A stretch of 60,430 nt of DNA from Minisyncoccota bacterium. GTDB lineage: Bacteria > Patescibacteriota > Minisyncoccia > Phycocordibacterales > UBA9973. This document shows positions 52,087-60,430 of this stretch, piece after piece (position 1 is the stretch's first letter; every line of letters starts with the position of its first letter). Position numbers and translations under genes: made by a program. The stretch is from contig JBAYKP010000005.1 of assembly GCA_041664465.1 (NCBI GenBank), positions 1 through 60,430 of the forward strand. The letters run 5' to 3'. Below the pieces are notes generated by a model. It was not told the origin of the DNA, did not search any database, and saw nothing but the letters and a program-made list of their open reading frames with translations.

Positions 52087-55000
52087 ATGAATGAAGAAAT
52101 AAAAAAATCACAATCGGCATTACGGGAAGAAGAAGTTTTAAAATTCTGGAAGGAGAATGAAATTTTCAAAAAGAGTGTGGAGAAAGATGCACCGAAGGGA
52201 AAGTATGTATTTTATGATGGACCACCTTTTGCATCAGGACTTCCTCACTATGGGCATATTCTTGGTAGTACAGTAAAGGACGTCATAGGTAGATATAAGA
52301 CTATGAGTGGATACAATGTGCCGAGACGTTGGGGTTGGGATTGTCATGGATTACCAATTGAAAATATTGTAGAGAAGGATTTAGGAATTTCTGGTAAGAA
52401 AGCTATTGAGGCACTTGGTATTGATAAATTTACCGAGCATGCTCGTAGCAAAGTCCTCACATATGTAAATGAATGGAAGAAGACAGTTGATCGTATGGGT
52501 CGCTGGGTTGATTTTGATAACTCATACAAGACGATGGATAATACTTTCATCGAAAGTGTATGGTGGGCATTAGGAGAGATGAATAAAAAGGAATTACTTT
52601 ATGAAGGAGTACGAGTTCTTGCTTATTGTCCACGATGTGAGACGCCAATAGCCAATTCTGAAATAGCTATGGATAATAGTTATAAAGATATTACTGATAT
52701 TTCCGTTTATGTTAAATTTAAAATTTTAGATGAAAAATACAAAGATACTTATCTACTTGCTTGGACGACAACTCCTTGGACATTACCAGGGAATACCGCG
52801 ATTGCTATCAATAAAGAATTGATTTATGTTTTAGTAAAAAATATTACAGAGAAAGGTGAAGAGGTATATATAGTAGCTAAAGATTTGTATGAAAATTTAC
52901 AGAGCAAATTTAATAATGGAGAAATAATAAAAGAAATAAAAGGAGAAGATTTAGTAGGTCTTTCTTATGAGCCAGTATTCCCATATTATAAAGATGAAGA
53001 AGTAGCTAGAAATCCTAATATCTGGAAAGTTTGGCATGCAGATTTTGTGACAGTAGATAAAGGGACGGGGATTGCTCACGAAGCACCAGCTTTCGGAGAG
53101 GATGATATGAACTTGGCAAAGGAGTATAATATCCCATTTATTCGTCACGTGGAACCCAATGGAGATTTCTCAAAAGAAGTGGTTGATTTTCCAAATGTAA
53201 AAGTGAAGCCCAAAGAAGATTCACAGTCTACAGATGTCTTAATCATCAAGTATTTGGCACACACTGGGGCTCTCTTTGCAAAAGAGAAAATCATTCACTC
53301 ATATCCTCACTGTTATCGTTGCGAGACGCCACTACTTTACTATGCTCTGCCATCTTGGTTTATAAATATACAAAAAGTTAAAAAAGATTTATTGAAAAAA
53401 GGTGAAGATATGAATTGGATTCCTGAGCACTTAAAAGAAGGACGTTTCAAGAATACTATGGAATCAGCTCCGGACTGGACTATATCACGCAATCGTTATT
53501 GGGCTAGTCCCTTACCTATTTGGAAGTCAGAAAGTGGTAAAATAATGGTGATAAATTCTCTTGAAGATTTAAAATCAAAAACAAAAAAGTCTGGAAATAA
53601 GTATTTTATAATGCGACATGGAGAAGCAGAAAATAATGTGCTTCGAGTTTTAAATTCTGATTTAAAAAAGGAATTTCATTTAACAGATAATGGTAAAAAA
53701 CAAGTAAAAAAAACAGCTGAAGTTTTTAATAAAGAAAAATTTGACTATATTTTTACTTCACCATTAATTCGTGCCATAGAAACCACCAATGTTTATAAAG
53801 AGGAGTCAAAGTCATCTGCGAAAATTATTGTAGATGATAGACTTAGAGAAATGGGAATGGGCAATTTTGAAGGTAAAAATGTATCTCAATATAGGTCCAT
53901 GTTCAAAAGCAGGGCAGAGGAATTAAAAGAAAGACCAGAGGGTGTTGAAAATTTTGAAAATGTGAAAAGTCGAATGATGAATTTTTTGTGTGAAATAGAA
54001 TCTAATTATACAAATAAAAATATATTAATTATCACGCATGGAGATCCGGTTGTTGCTGTAAATTCAATTATTAATAATTTTTCTATAAAACAGACTGTTG
54101 AGTTCCTAGAAAGTAATTATCCCAAAAATGCTGAAATAAGAGAAATAAATTTCACACCATTACCTCATAATCATAATTATGAACTCGATTTGCATCGCCC
54201 ATATATTGACTCTATTGTGCTTGTAGATGAAAAGGGCGAGGAATATAAAAGAATTCCAGAAGTTATTGACTGTTGGTTTGAGTCAGGGTCAATGCCTTTT
54301 GCACAAGACCACTATCCATTTGAGAATCCAGATTGGCAGGAAGACAATTTCCCAGCAGGATTTGTAGCAGAATATATAGCTCAGACGAGGACTTGGTTCT
54401 ACTATACTCACACTATATCTACTATATTATTTGGGAAGGCTCCATTTGAAAATGTAGTAACCACAGGGACGGTCCTAGCCGAAGATGGAAGTAAGATGTC
54501 AAAGTCTAAAAATAATTTCCCAGATCCTTGGCTTTTGTTCGATAAATACGGAGTTGATGCTCTCAGGTTCTATCTGATGGCTAGTACTTTGATGAAAGGG
54601 GAAGATGTAAATTTCTCTGAAAAATTAGTGCAAGAAGTCGCCAGCAAGATAATTAGTCGTTTTGACAACGTTGTAACTTTTTATGAACTATATCGTGATT
54701 CTTCACTAGAAACTAGAACCTATAAACCAGAAACTAATTTAAATGTATTAGATCAATGGATATTATCTCGTCTGCATCAATTTACTCTTGAAGTTAAAAA
54801 TGGAATGGAAATTTACGATTTATCTCTTGCTACGAAACCCTATGAATTATTCATTGAAGATCTCTCTACTTGGTATCTACGTCGTTCAAGAGACAGAATA
54901 AAGAATGGAGATATAGAAGCAAAACAAACTTTGTATTATGTTTTGAAGATGACACTTAGTCTCTTTGCTCCATTTATGCCGTTCATAGCTGAAGATATTT

Positions 55001-55566
55001 GGCAGAAATTAAGATTGGATGGAGACCAAATCAGTGTTCATCTGACAGATTTTTTCTCCAATCTTGAAATACAGAAAATAAATAATGAAATTATCAAAGA
55101 GATGGGGGAAGTTCGCGAAGTGGTGACTCTTGGATTGCAGGCCAGACAGAAAGCAGGGATTCCTGTGAGACAGCCTCTTTGTCAATTACTAATTACTAAT
55201 TACCAATTACCAAAAGAATATGAAGAGATAGTTAAAGATGAATTGAATGTAAAAGAGATTAAAATAAATAAAGGAGAAGAGAAAAAGGTAGAACTCGATA
55301 CAAATATTACAGAAGAACTTAAACAAGAAGGGAATTACAGAGAGCTTGTAAGAGCGATTCAAGATATGAGAAAGAAAGAAGGATTAAACCCAAATGATAT
55401 AATTAGTCTTGAAATTGATGCTTCGGATAAAGGTGAAGAATTTATAAATAAATGGCAAAATGAACTTCTGAAAGCAGTTGGGGCTAAGAACATACAGATT
55501 AAGGATATTTCAGGCGACAAAATAAAAATTGATAATTTAGAGTTTGCTATAAATGTGGTAAAATAG
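52087..55566 (+). CDS. ileS: Isoleucine--tRNA ligase (type 2) with an inserted histidine-phosphatase domain
   Basis: PHYGH (HIGH), WTISRNRYW, DCWFESGSMP, KMSKS. An RHG-family domain lies at about aa 500-690. Confidence 0.93.
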   Translation: MNEEIKKSQSALREEEVLKFWKENEIFKKSVEKDAPKGKYVFYDGPPFASGLPHYGHILGSTVKDVIGRYKTMSGYNVPRRWGWDCHGLPIENIVEKDLGISGKKAIEALGIDKFTEHARSKVLTYVNEWKKTVDRMGRWVDFDNSYKTMDNTFIESVWWALGEMNKKELLYEGVRVLAYCPRCETPIANSEIAMDNSYKDITDISVYVKFKILDEKYKDTYLLAWTTTPWTLPGNTAIAINKELIYVLVKNITEKGEEVYIVAKDLYENLQSKFNNGEIIKEIKGEDLVGLSYEPVFPYYKDEEVARNPNIWKVWHADFVTVDKGTGIAHEAPAFGEDDMNLAKEYNIPFIRHVEPNGDFSKEVVDFPNVKVKPKEDSQSTDVLIIKYLAHTGALFAKEKIIHSYPHCYRCETPLLYYALPSWFINIQKVKKDLLKKGEDMNWIPEHLKEGRFKNTMESAPDWTISRNRYWASPLPIWKSESGKIMVINSLEDLKSKTKKSGNKYFIMRHGEAENNVLRVLNSDLKKEFHLTDNGKKQVKKTAEVFNKEKFDYIFTSPLIRAIETTNVYKEESKSSAKIIVDDRLREMGMGNFEGKNVSQYRSMFKSRAEELKERPEGVENFENVKSRMMNFLCEIESNYTNKNILIITHGDPVVAVNSIINNFSIKQTVEFLESNYPKNAEIREINFTPLPHNHNYELDLHRPYIDSIVLVDEKGEEYKRIPEVIDCWFESGSMPFAQDHYPFENPDWQEDNFPAGFVAEYIAQTRTWFYYTHTISTILFGKAPFENVVTTGTVLAEDGSKMSKSKNNFPDPWLLFDKYGVDALRFYLMASTLMKGEDVNFSEKLVQEVASKIISRFDNVVTFYELYRDSSLETRTYKPETNLNVLDQWILSRLHQFTLEVKNGMEIYDLSLATKPYELFIEDLSTWYLRRSRDRIKNGDIEAKQTLYYVLKMTLSLFAPFMPFIAEDIWQKLRLDGDQISVHLTDFFSNLEIQKINNEIIKEMGEVREVVTLGLQARQKAGIPVRQPLCQLLITNYQLPKEYEEIVKDELNVKEIKINKGEEKKVELDTNITEELKQEGNYRELVRAIQDMRKKEGLNPNDIISLEIDASDKGEEFINKWQNELLKAVGAKNIQIKDISGDKIKIDNLEFAINVVK

Positions 55567-55573
55567 AGAGGTA

Positions 55574-56158
55574 ATGCATCATATTTATCACACCAATGGG
55601 TTTATATTAGGCTCGACAAATAAAGGCGAAGCGAATAAGATGCTCACGATATATACTCGTGAGATGGGGCTTGTGCGGGCGATGGTGCAGGGGATCAGGC
55701 TTCATAAATCAAAGCTTCGTTTTGCCCTACAAGATCTTTCATATTCAAATATTGATCTAGTTCGGGGGAAAGATATCTGGCGTGTGACTTCCGCCAAGAA
55801 TATTACTACTTTCCCTTATGCTCGTTCATCACGTCCTTCACTTCTTATAATTGCTCGCGTCAGTAAACTTATTGAGCGACTTTGTGACGGGGAAGAATCT
55901 AATGAAAAAATATTTGATGATTTTATTCAGAGTCTATATTTACTTGATGTAGAAGAAGTGTTGAGTTCTTCTCGTGAAGCACTCGAGCTTCATCTTGTAT
56001 TGCGAATAATGGATCAGCTTGGCTATATAGGAGAATTAGATATGCTTAAAGAATATCTAGGAGGAGATATTGATTTGGATAAGACGGAGCTTTTATTGAA
56101 AGAAAAACGTTCTATAATATCGCATATAAATAAAGCCTTAAATGAGAGCCAACTTTAA
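55574..56158 (+). CDS. recO: DNA repair protein RecO (short form)
   Basis: N-terminal OB fold pattern (GFILGSTNKGEANKMLTIYTREMGLVRAMVQG). No zinc-finger segment. Confidence 0.7.
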   Translation: MHHIYHTNGFILGSTNKGEANKMLTIYTREMGLVRAMVQGIRLHKSKLRFALQDLSYSNIDLVRGKDIWRVTSAKNITTFPYARSSRPSLLIIARVSKLIERLCDGEESNEKIFDDFIQSLYLLDVEEVLSSSREALELHLVLRIMDQLGYIGELDMLKEYLGGDIDLDKTELLLKEKRSIISHINKALNESQL

Positions 56159-56182
56159 AATAAATATGCTATAATATTAAGT

Positions 56183-58045
56183 ATGCCAGAAAGTGAGAAC
56201 AAAATAGAAGATATTAAGCGTCGTCTTTATGAACCAGAAGATCATGTAACCCACCGGACCCACGAAGGGACTCTTCATGTTATAAATCACAAAGTCGAGC
56301 CAGAATGGAAACACGAAGAAGAACCTATAAATAATATGAAAAAGCCAAGACCTTCAATTTTCAAAAAGTTTTTTATCCTCTCCATTATTTTTTTCATTAT
56401 CGCTATGGTTTTCGCTTTTTATAAATTCTCGACCAATAATTCTTCTGTCTCAAGCGACAATATAGATATCACAGTAATAGGTAACGCTTTCACTAAGGGG
56501 GGAGAAGAATTACCACTTCAAATAGAAATTGCCAATCACAATAAGGCTAGTCTAGAACTTGCCAATGTAGTCGTCTCATATCCTAATGGAGCGAGTGATA
56601 ACTTGGCGGATTATATTCGTCTACCACGTATAACCATTGGCACAATTAAACCCGGGGAAACAATCACAGAGAATATCAAAGTCACTCTTTTTGGTGATGA
56701 GAGGTCTAACCGCAGTGTAAGAATTGATTTGGAATATCATCCCCAAGGTTCAAATGCTATCTTTACGAAGAGCAAAGACTATGTAGTCAATATCAGCTCA
56801 GCTCCTCTTTCCTTGTTGGTAGATGCACCAGATACTGTGACCTCCGATCAGCCTGTGACTTTCACTGTCAAAGCGATTCTCAATACTTCACTCAAAGAAG
56901 GCAATACTGTAATGCAACTCACATATCCCAATAATTTTATTTATGAGAGTGCTGTTCCCGCACCTTCTTTCGGGAATTCTATGTGGAGTCTCGATGCTCT
57001 TAGTCTGACGAATCCTATTTCCGTTGTAGTTAAGGGGAGAATTGTAGGGCAAGACCAAGATCAACAAGTCTTTCACGTCTACGCTGGGACTACTAAACCT
57101 TCCGATAAATCTACTCTTGATATTGTATACAATTCATTACTGCACACTATTACTATTACGAAGCCTTTCATCGAAGCAACTATCATCGCCAACGATACAG
57201 CAAGTTCTGGAGATGATATAAATGTCAAAATTGATTGGTCCAACAATTTACCGAATAGGATTACAGATGGAGAAATCATTGTGAATATGGGGGGCAATGC
57301 TTTTGATCGTTCATCGGTGAATCCATCTCAAGGATTTTTTGATTCTTTGAATAATCGTATTATCTGGGACAAGAATTCTATCCCCGAATTAGCAGATATT
57401 GAGCCAGGAGGGCATGGGGAAGTTTCTTTCAGTGTGAAGTCTATCTCTCTAGTCGGTCCACAAAGTTCTGTTAGAGATCCACAAGTAACTTTTGATGTCA
57501 GTATTAAAGGCAAGCAACCATCCTTGGGCTCAACATATGCTGATGTAAATAATTTTTCAAAAAAGGTAGTAAAAATTTTATCAGATTTTCAAATTGCATC
57601 TTCTGCTTCTTATAAATCCGGGGCTCTTCCTCCTAAGGCTGAGACAGAGACTAGCTACAATGTCACTTGGACAATTTCCAACGGGACTAACTCTATCTCA
57701 GACGCTATTGCTCGAGCTGCACTTCCTATCTATGTCAAATGGGTGGGTCCTGTTTCTCAAAGAGAAAATATAACTTACAATGAGGGAACCCGAGAAGTTA
57801 TTTGGAATATAGGATCAGTCCGTGCTAATACTGGTGGGAATTATAATCGTGAAGCAGTTTTCACTATCACCCTAGCTCCTTCTCTCTCACAAGTCGGAAG
57901 CGTTCCTCAGCTTATGAAAGATTTGTTCCTTTCAGGGACGGATGTTTTCACTGGCACACTTGTTCAAAATAGAAGTGGATCTATCAATACGATGCTTTCA
58001 GGAGACCCAAACTTTCAATCTGGCTTTGAACGTGTTATAAAGTAA
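56183..58045 (+). CDS. Large membrane-anchored extracytoplasmic protein (beta-sandwich rich)
   Basis: One TM helix near aa 65-85, then about 530 aa of beta-rich sequence. Confidence 0.55.
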   Translation: MPESENKIEDIKRRLYEPEDHVTHRTHEGTLHVINHKVEPEWKHEEEPINNMKKPRPSIFKKFFILSIIFFIIAMVFAFYKFSTNNSSVSSDNIDITVIGNAFTKGGEELPLQIEIANHNKASLELANVVVSYPNGASDNLADYIRLPRITIGTIKPGETITENIKVTLFGDERSNRSVRIDLEYHPQGSNAIFTKSKDYVVNISSAPLSLLVDAPDTVTSDQPVTFTVKAILNTSLKEGNTVMQLTYPNNFIYESAVPAPSFGNSMWSLDALSLTNPISVVVKGRIVGQDQDQQVFHVYAGTTKPSDKSTLDIVYNSLLHTITITKPFIEATIIANDTASSGDDINVKIDWSNNLPNRITDGEIIVNMGGNAFDRSSVNPSQGFFDSLNNRIIWDKNSIPELADIEPGGHGEVSFSVKSISLVGPQSSVRDPQVTFDVSIKGKQPSLGSTYADVNNFSKKVVKILSDFQIASSASYKSGALPPKAETETSYNVTWTISNGTNSISDAIARAALPIYVKWVGPVSQRENITYNEGTREVIWNIGSVRANTGGNYNREAVFTITLAPSLSQVGSVPQLMKDLFLSGTDVFTGTLVQNRSGSINTMLSGDPNFQSGFERVIK

Positions 58046-58047
58046 TT

Positions 58048-59364
58048 ATGGAAAAAGATGAAAAATTAATGGAAAAGATTGTATCACTTTGTAAGAGAAG
58101 GGGTTTTATTTATCCTGGGAGTGAGATATATGGAGGGCTCGCTGGGACGTTTGACTACGGGCCATTAGGCTCCCTATTAAAAAGAAATATTGAGAAATCT
58201 TGGATAGAATATTTTGTGGAATTTAAGGAGAATATATATCTCATAGATACTCCTATATTGATGCACCCAAAAGTCTGGGAAGCGTCTGGACATGTAGCAA
58301 ATTTCGTTGACCCAGTTTCAAAATGTAAGAAATGTGGACATAGTTTTCGAACTGATCAAATTGAAGATAAAGAAGTTTGCAGAGATTGCGGAGGGAAACT
58401 TACTAGCCCTAATAATTTTAATTTAATGCTTGAAACCAAGATGGGTGCATCAGAAGAGACAGCTATTAGCACATATCTTCGCCCGGAAGAGGCTCAAAGT
58501 ATGTTCATAAATTTCAAAAATGTTTTACAATCTTTATCTCCTAAAATCCCTTTTGGTATTGCGCAAATAGGTAAAGCATTTAGAAATGAGATTACTCCTC
58601 GTGATTTCATTTATAGATTGCGTGAATTTGAAATAATGGAATTTGAATATTTTATTCATCCATCTTCTCCGTGGGAAGCTTATTTTGATAATTTCTTGTT
58701 GGAACAAAAAGAATGGCTTTCTAAAATTGGAGTTGATACTTCCAAACTTCATCCTCTTGAACATGGAGAACAAGCTAGGGCTCATTATAGTCGGAAGACA
58801 GTGGATTTGGAATTTGAATATCCATTTGGTATCAAGGAACTCACAGGTCTTTCTCATAGAGGGGATTTTGATTTGAAAAGGCATCAAGAATTCTCAGGTG
58901 AAGCAATGTGGGTATTAGATGAGGCTACAGGAGAGAAATTTATTCCTCATGTTATAGAACCTACTGTAAGTGTAGATAGAGCTATCTTGGCGACATTATG
59001 CTCTTGTTATAGAGAAGAGGGGGAGGGGGATAATGTTCGTGTTTATTTGAAATTACCTCCCGCAGTTGCTCCTTACAAAGCTTGCGTGTCTCCTTTGTTA
59101 AAGAATAAACCAGAGCTTATTACTTATGCCAAGAATGTATACGGAGAATTAAAAAAAGAATTTGGTTGGGTTGTTTGGGATGACAATGGCAACATCGGCA
59201 AACGTTATAGAAGGCAAGATGAGATAGGTACGCCTTGGTGTATAGTTATTGACTTTGATACTTTGGCTGACGACTCTGTTACCATCCGTGATCGTGATAC
59301 TGGCAAGCAAGAGAGAATCAAAAAAGAAGATATTGTGGATTATATAAAAGAGAGGATGAATTAA
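58048..59364 (+). CDS. glyQS: Glycine--tRNA ligase (alpha2 type)
   Basis: Class II motifs (FRNEITPR, GLSHRGDFDL), the CKKCGH..CRDCGG zinc-ribbon insertion, and the C-terminal anticodon-binding domain. Confidence 0.92.
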   Translation: MEKDEKLMEKIVSLCKRRGFIYPGSEIYGGLAGTFDYGPLGSLLKRNIEKSWIEYFVEFKENIYLIDTPILMHPKVWEASGHVANFVDPVSKCKKCGHSFRTDQIEDKEVCRDCGGKLTSPNNFNLMLETKMGASEETAISTYLRPEEAQSMFINFKNVLQSLSPKIPFGIAQIGKAFRNEITPRDFIYRLREFEIMEFEYFIHPSSPWEAYFDNFLLEQKEWLSKIGVDTSKLHPLEHGEQARAHYSRKTVDLEFEYPFGIKELTGLSHRGDFDLKRHQEFSGEAMWVLDEATGEKFIPHVIEPTVSVDRAILATLCSCYREEGEGDNVRVYLKLPPAVAPYKACVSPLLKNKPELITYAKNVYGELKKEFGWVVWDDNGNIGKRYRRQDEIGTPWCIVIDFDTLADDSVTIRDRDTGKQERIKKEDIVDYIKERMN

Positions 59365-59367
59365 AAT

Positions 59368-60033
59368 ATGGAAAACGAAAAAATGAAATTCAATATAGTT
59401 CCCAAAAATATGGATGAAAGTGCAGGGAAATTTCATGAAGAACAAATATTTAAAATATTTTATTTAAAAGGAAAAAGAATTCCTTTTATGCGACAAAAAA
59501 CTTTGGCAAATTGTGGTCCATTATCTATCGTAAATGGAAGCTTGGCGTTAAAAGAAATAAATAAAAAATTTAATTTGCCCTCTAATTTTCCACAGATACC
59601 ACAGAAAATAAGAAAATTTTTATCAGAAAATCAAAATCTACGAGAAACTCCATTTGGGATTGCTTCTAGTATAGAAATAGGAAAGAATGATTATGCTTTG
59701 GAAGGAGGGCATATAGTAAATTTAATTAAAAAAACTTTGGCCGAATCTAATATTGTAATTACCGGAGATCGGTTTTCTGGTTCAGTCCCTGTTCGTGATT
59801 TAGAAATTGGAGAAAAAATTAAAAACTCAGATTGGTTGATATGCAATAAAGATTTTCACTATATTAGTTTGATTAAATTAGATGACAACGATTATGTATT
59901 TTCAGATTCTATGAGTGATCAACCTCGTGTTGTAAATCAAAAATTTATTGAAGATAATTTTTTTCAAAAAGGGAACATGAATCCTTTTATCTCCATGAAA
60001 GTAAAAGATAAGATTGTTATAATAAAAAAATAG
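59368..60033 (+). CDS. Hypothetical protein, possible papain/C39-like cysteine peptidase
   Basis: LANCGPLS (candidate Cys nucleophile) and a later FHYISLI (candidate His). The call is weak. Confidence 0.35.
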   Translation: MENEKMKFNIVPKNMDESAGKFHEEQIFKIFYLKGKRIPFMRQKTLANCGPLSIVNGSLALKEINKKFNLPSNFPQIPQKIRKFLSENQNLRETPFGIASSIEIGKNDYALEGGHIVNLIKKTLAESNIVITGDRFSGSVPVRDLEIGEKIKNSDWLICNKDFHYISLIKLDDNDYVFSDSMSDQPRVVNQKFIEDNFFQKGNMNPFISMKVKDKIVIIKK

Positions 60034-60094
60034 TTTAATAAATATAGTTTGTTTTTTACAAACAAGAAGGTCTTTATAAAAGGATATAAAATAT

Positions 60095-60313
60095 ATGAAA
60101 AAGAAAACAAAATTTAATAATGGTTGGTGTTTTGCCATTGTGAATAATCGTCTAGCCGAAATACATTTTGAGAAGGGTTCTGGTATTTGGGCTCATTGTT
60201 ATGTGGATAGAAGTGAATTTTCTAAAAGGGAGCAAAAAATAATTGATGCAGATATAAAAAAGTATATATTTTCTTATAGAAAAGGTTTTTATAATAATAA
60301 AATATTTATCTAA
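60095..60313 (+). CDS. Hypothetical protein
   Basis: 72-aa ORF with no motif. Confidence 0.35.
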   Translation: MKKKTKFNNGWCFAIVNNRLAEIHFEKGSGIWAHCYVDRSEFSKREQKIIDADIKKYIFSYRKGFYNNKIFI

Positions 60314-60360
60314 GGAAGTCCGACTTCCTTAATTTTGCATCATATGATAATATATAGAAT

Positions 60361-60430
60361 ATGTCCATAAGAAAAGACAATCTAGTTTCTGGAGAAATTT
60401 ATCATATCTATAATAGGGGAGTAGATAAGC
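60361..60430 (+). mobile_element. 5' end of an IS200/Y1-transposase-like (RAYT-like) gene, truncated by the window edge
   Basis: MSIRKDNLVSGEIYHIYNRGVDK: the YH(I/V)xNRG start is typical of IS200-like/REP-associated tyrosine transposases. Confidence 0.5.

Noticed and set aside
1-60430. Alternative genetic code (UGA recoding, as in some CPR lineages).
   Set aside because: TGA clearly terminates well-conserved genes (ATGA overlaps at 19741, 20349 and 35318). All conserved proteins are full length under the standard code.
1-60430. CRISPR arrays, rRNA genes, integrases or prophage blocks.
   Set aside because: No regularly spaced direct repeats of 25-40 nt, no rRNA-like conserved strings, and no phage structural or integrase genes were seen. 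The only mobile-element genes are the DGR RT and the truncated Y1 transposase-like ORF.

Overview
A 60.4-kb, AT-rich (about one-third GC by eye), gene-dense bacterial segment. It reads with the standard code, since TGA is used as a stop (ATGA stop/start overlaps at 19741, 20349 and 35318). I infer a Patescibacteria/CPR-like genome from the small genes, heavy nucleotide-salvage content, several aaRS genes, lack of large biosynthetic operons, and presence of a DGR.

Contents in order:
- ftsEX and pyrG.
- A small accessory stretch with a transporter, an NDT-like gene and an S51 peptidase.
- One tRNA-Gln(CUG), then LOG and DUF1003 genes.
- An XRE-Panacea/RelE-like toxin-antitoxin pair.
- An island with four NUDIX genes, a Fic gene and a TfoX-N gene.
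- An ECF sigma/anti-sigma pair.
- An unannotated 56-aa rubredoxin, a two-component system, and a translationally coupled ApbE / ferric-reductase-like membrane protein / FNR-like reductase trio.
- PAP2_C and CDF genes, then the oxidative pentose-phosphate operon (pgl-gnd-zwf).
- pyrD and a PduO-type adenosyltransferase.
- A second ECF sigma with a MacAB-like exporter.
- A DUF4258/DUF2283 pair.
- A complete, evidently active diversity-generating retroelement (target gene with VR, TR, antisense Avd, RT).
- S9, CPBP and HtrA proteases.
- A nine-gene deoxypyrimidine cluster: MazG, folA, a ThyA homologue, dCMP deaminase, glyA, DNPH1-like, NUDIX, tmk, dut.
- argS, a 579-aa Cys-rich protein, a GC-enriched non-coding island (candidate structured RNA), and a T-box leader.
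- An ileS carrying an inserted histidine-phosphatase domain, then recO, a large surface protein, glyQS, and the 5' end of an IS200/RAYT-like gene.

Most noteworthy observations:
1. The ThyA homologue has Asp where thymidylate synthases have the dUMP-specifying Asn. It sits in a T4-like dNMP-metabolism cluster.
2. The IleRS carries a roughly 190-aa histidine-phosphatase insertion.
3. The DGR has an antisense avd, a G11 tract and a 38-nt perfect palindrome inside the RT gene.
4. GC-rich hairpin units are inserted in frame in pyrG, pyrD and argS. REPIN-like palindrome doublets occur in the window, and a RAYT-like gene lies at the window edge.
5. The ileS T-box appears to have an ultrashort Stem I.
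6. There is an unclassified structured-RNA candidate.

No rRNA, CRISPR array or prophage was seen.
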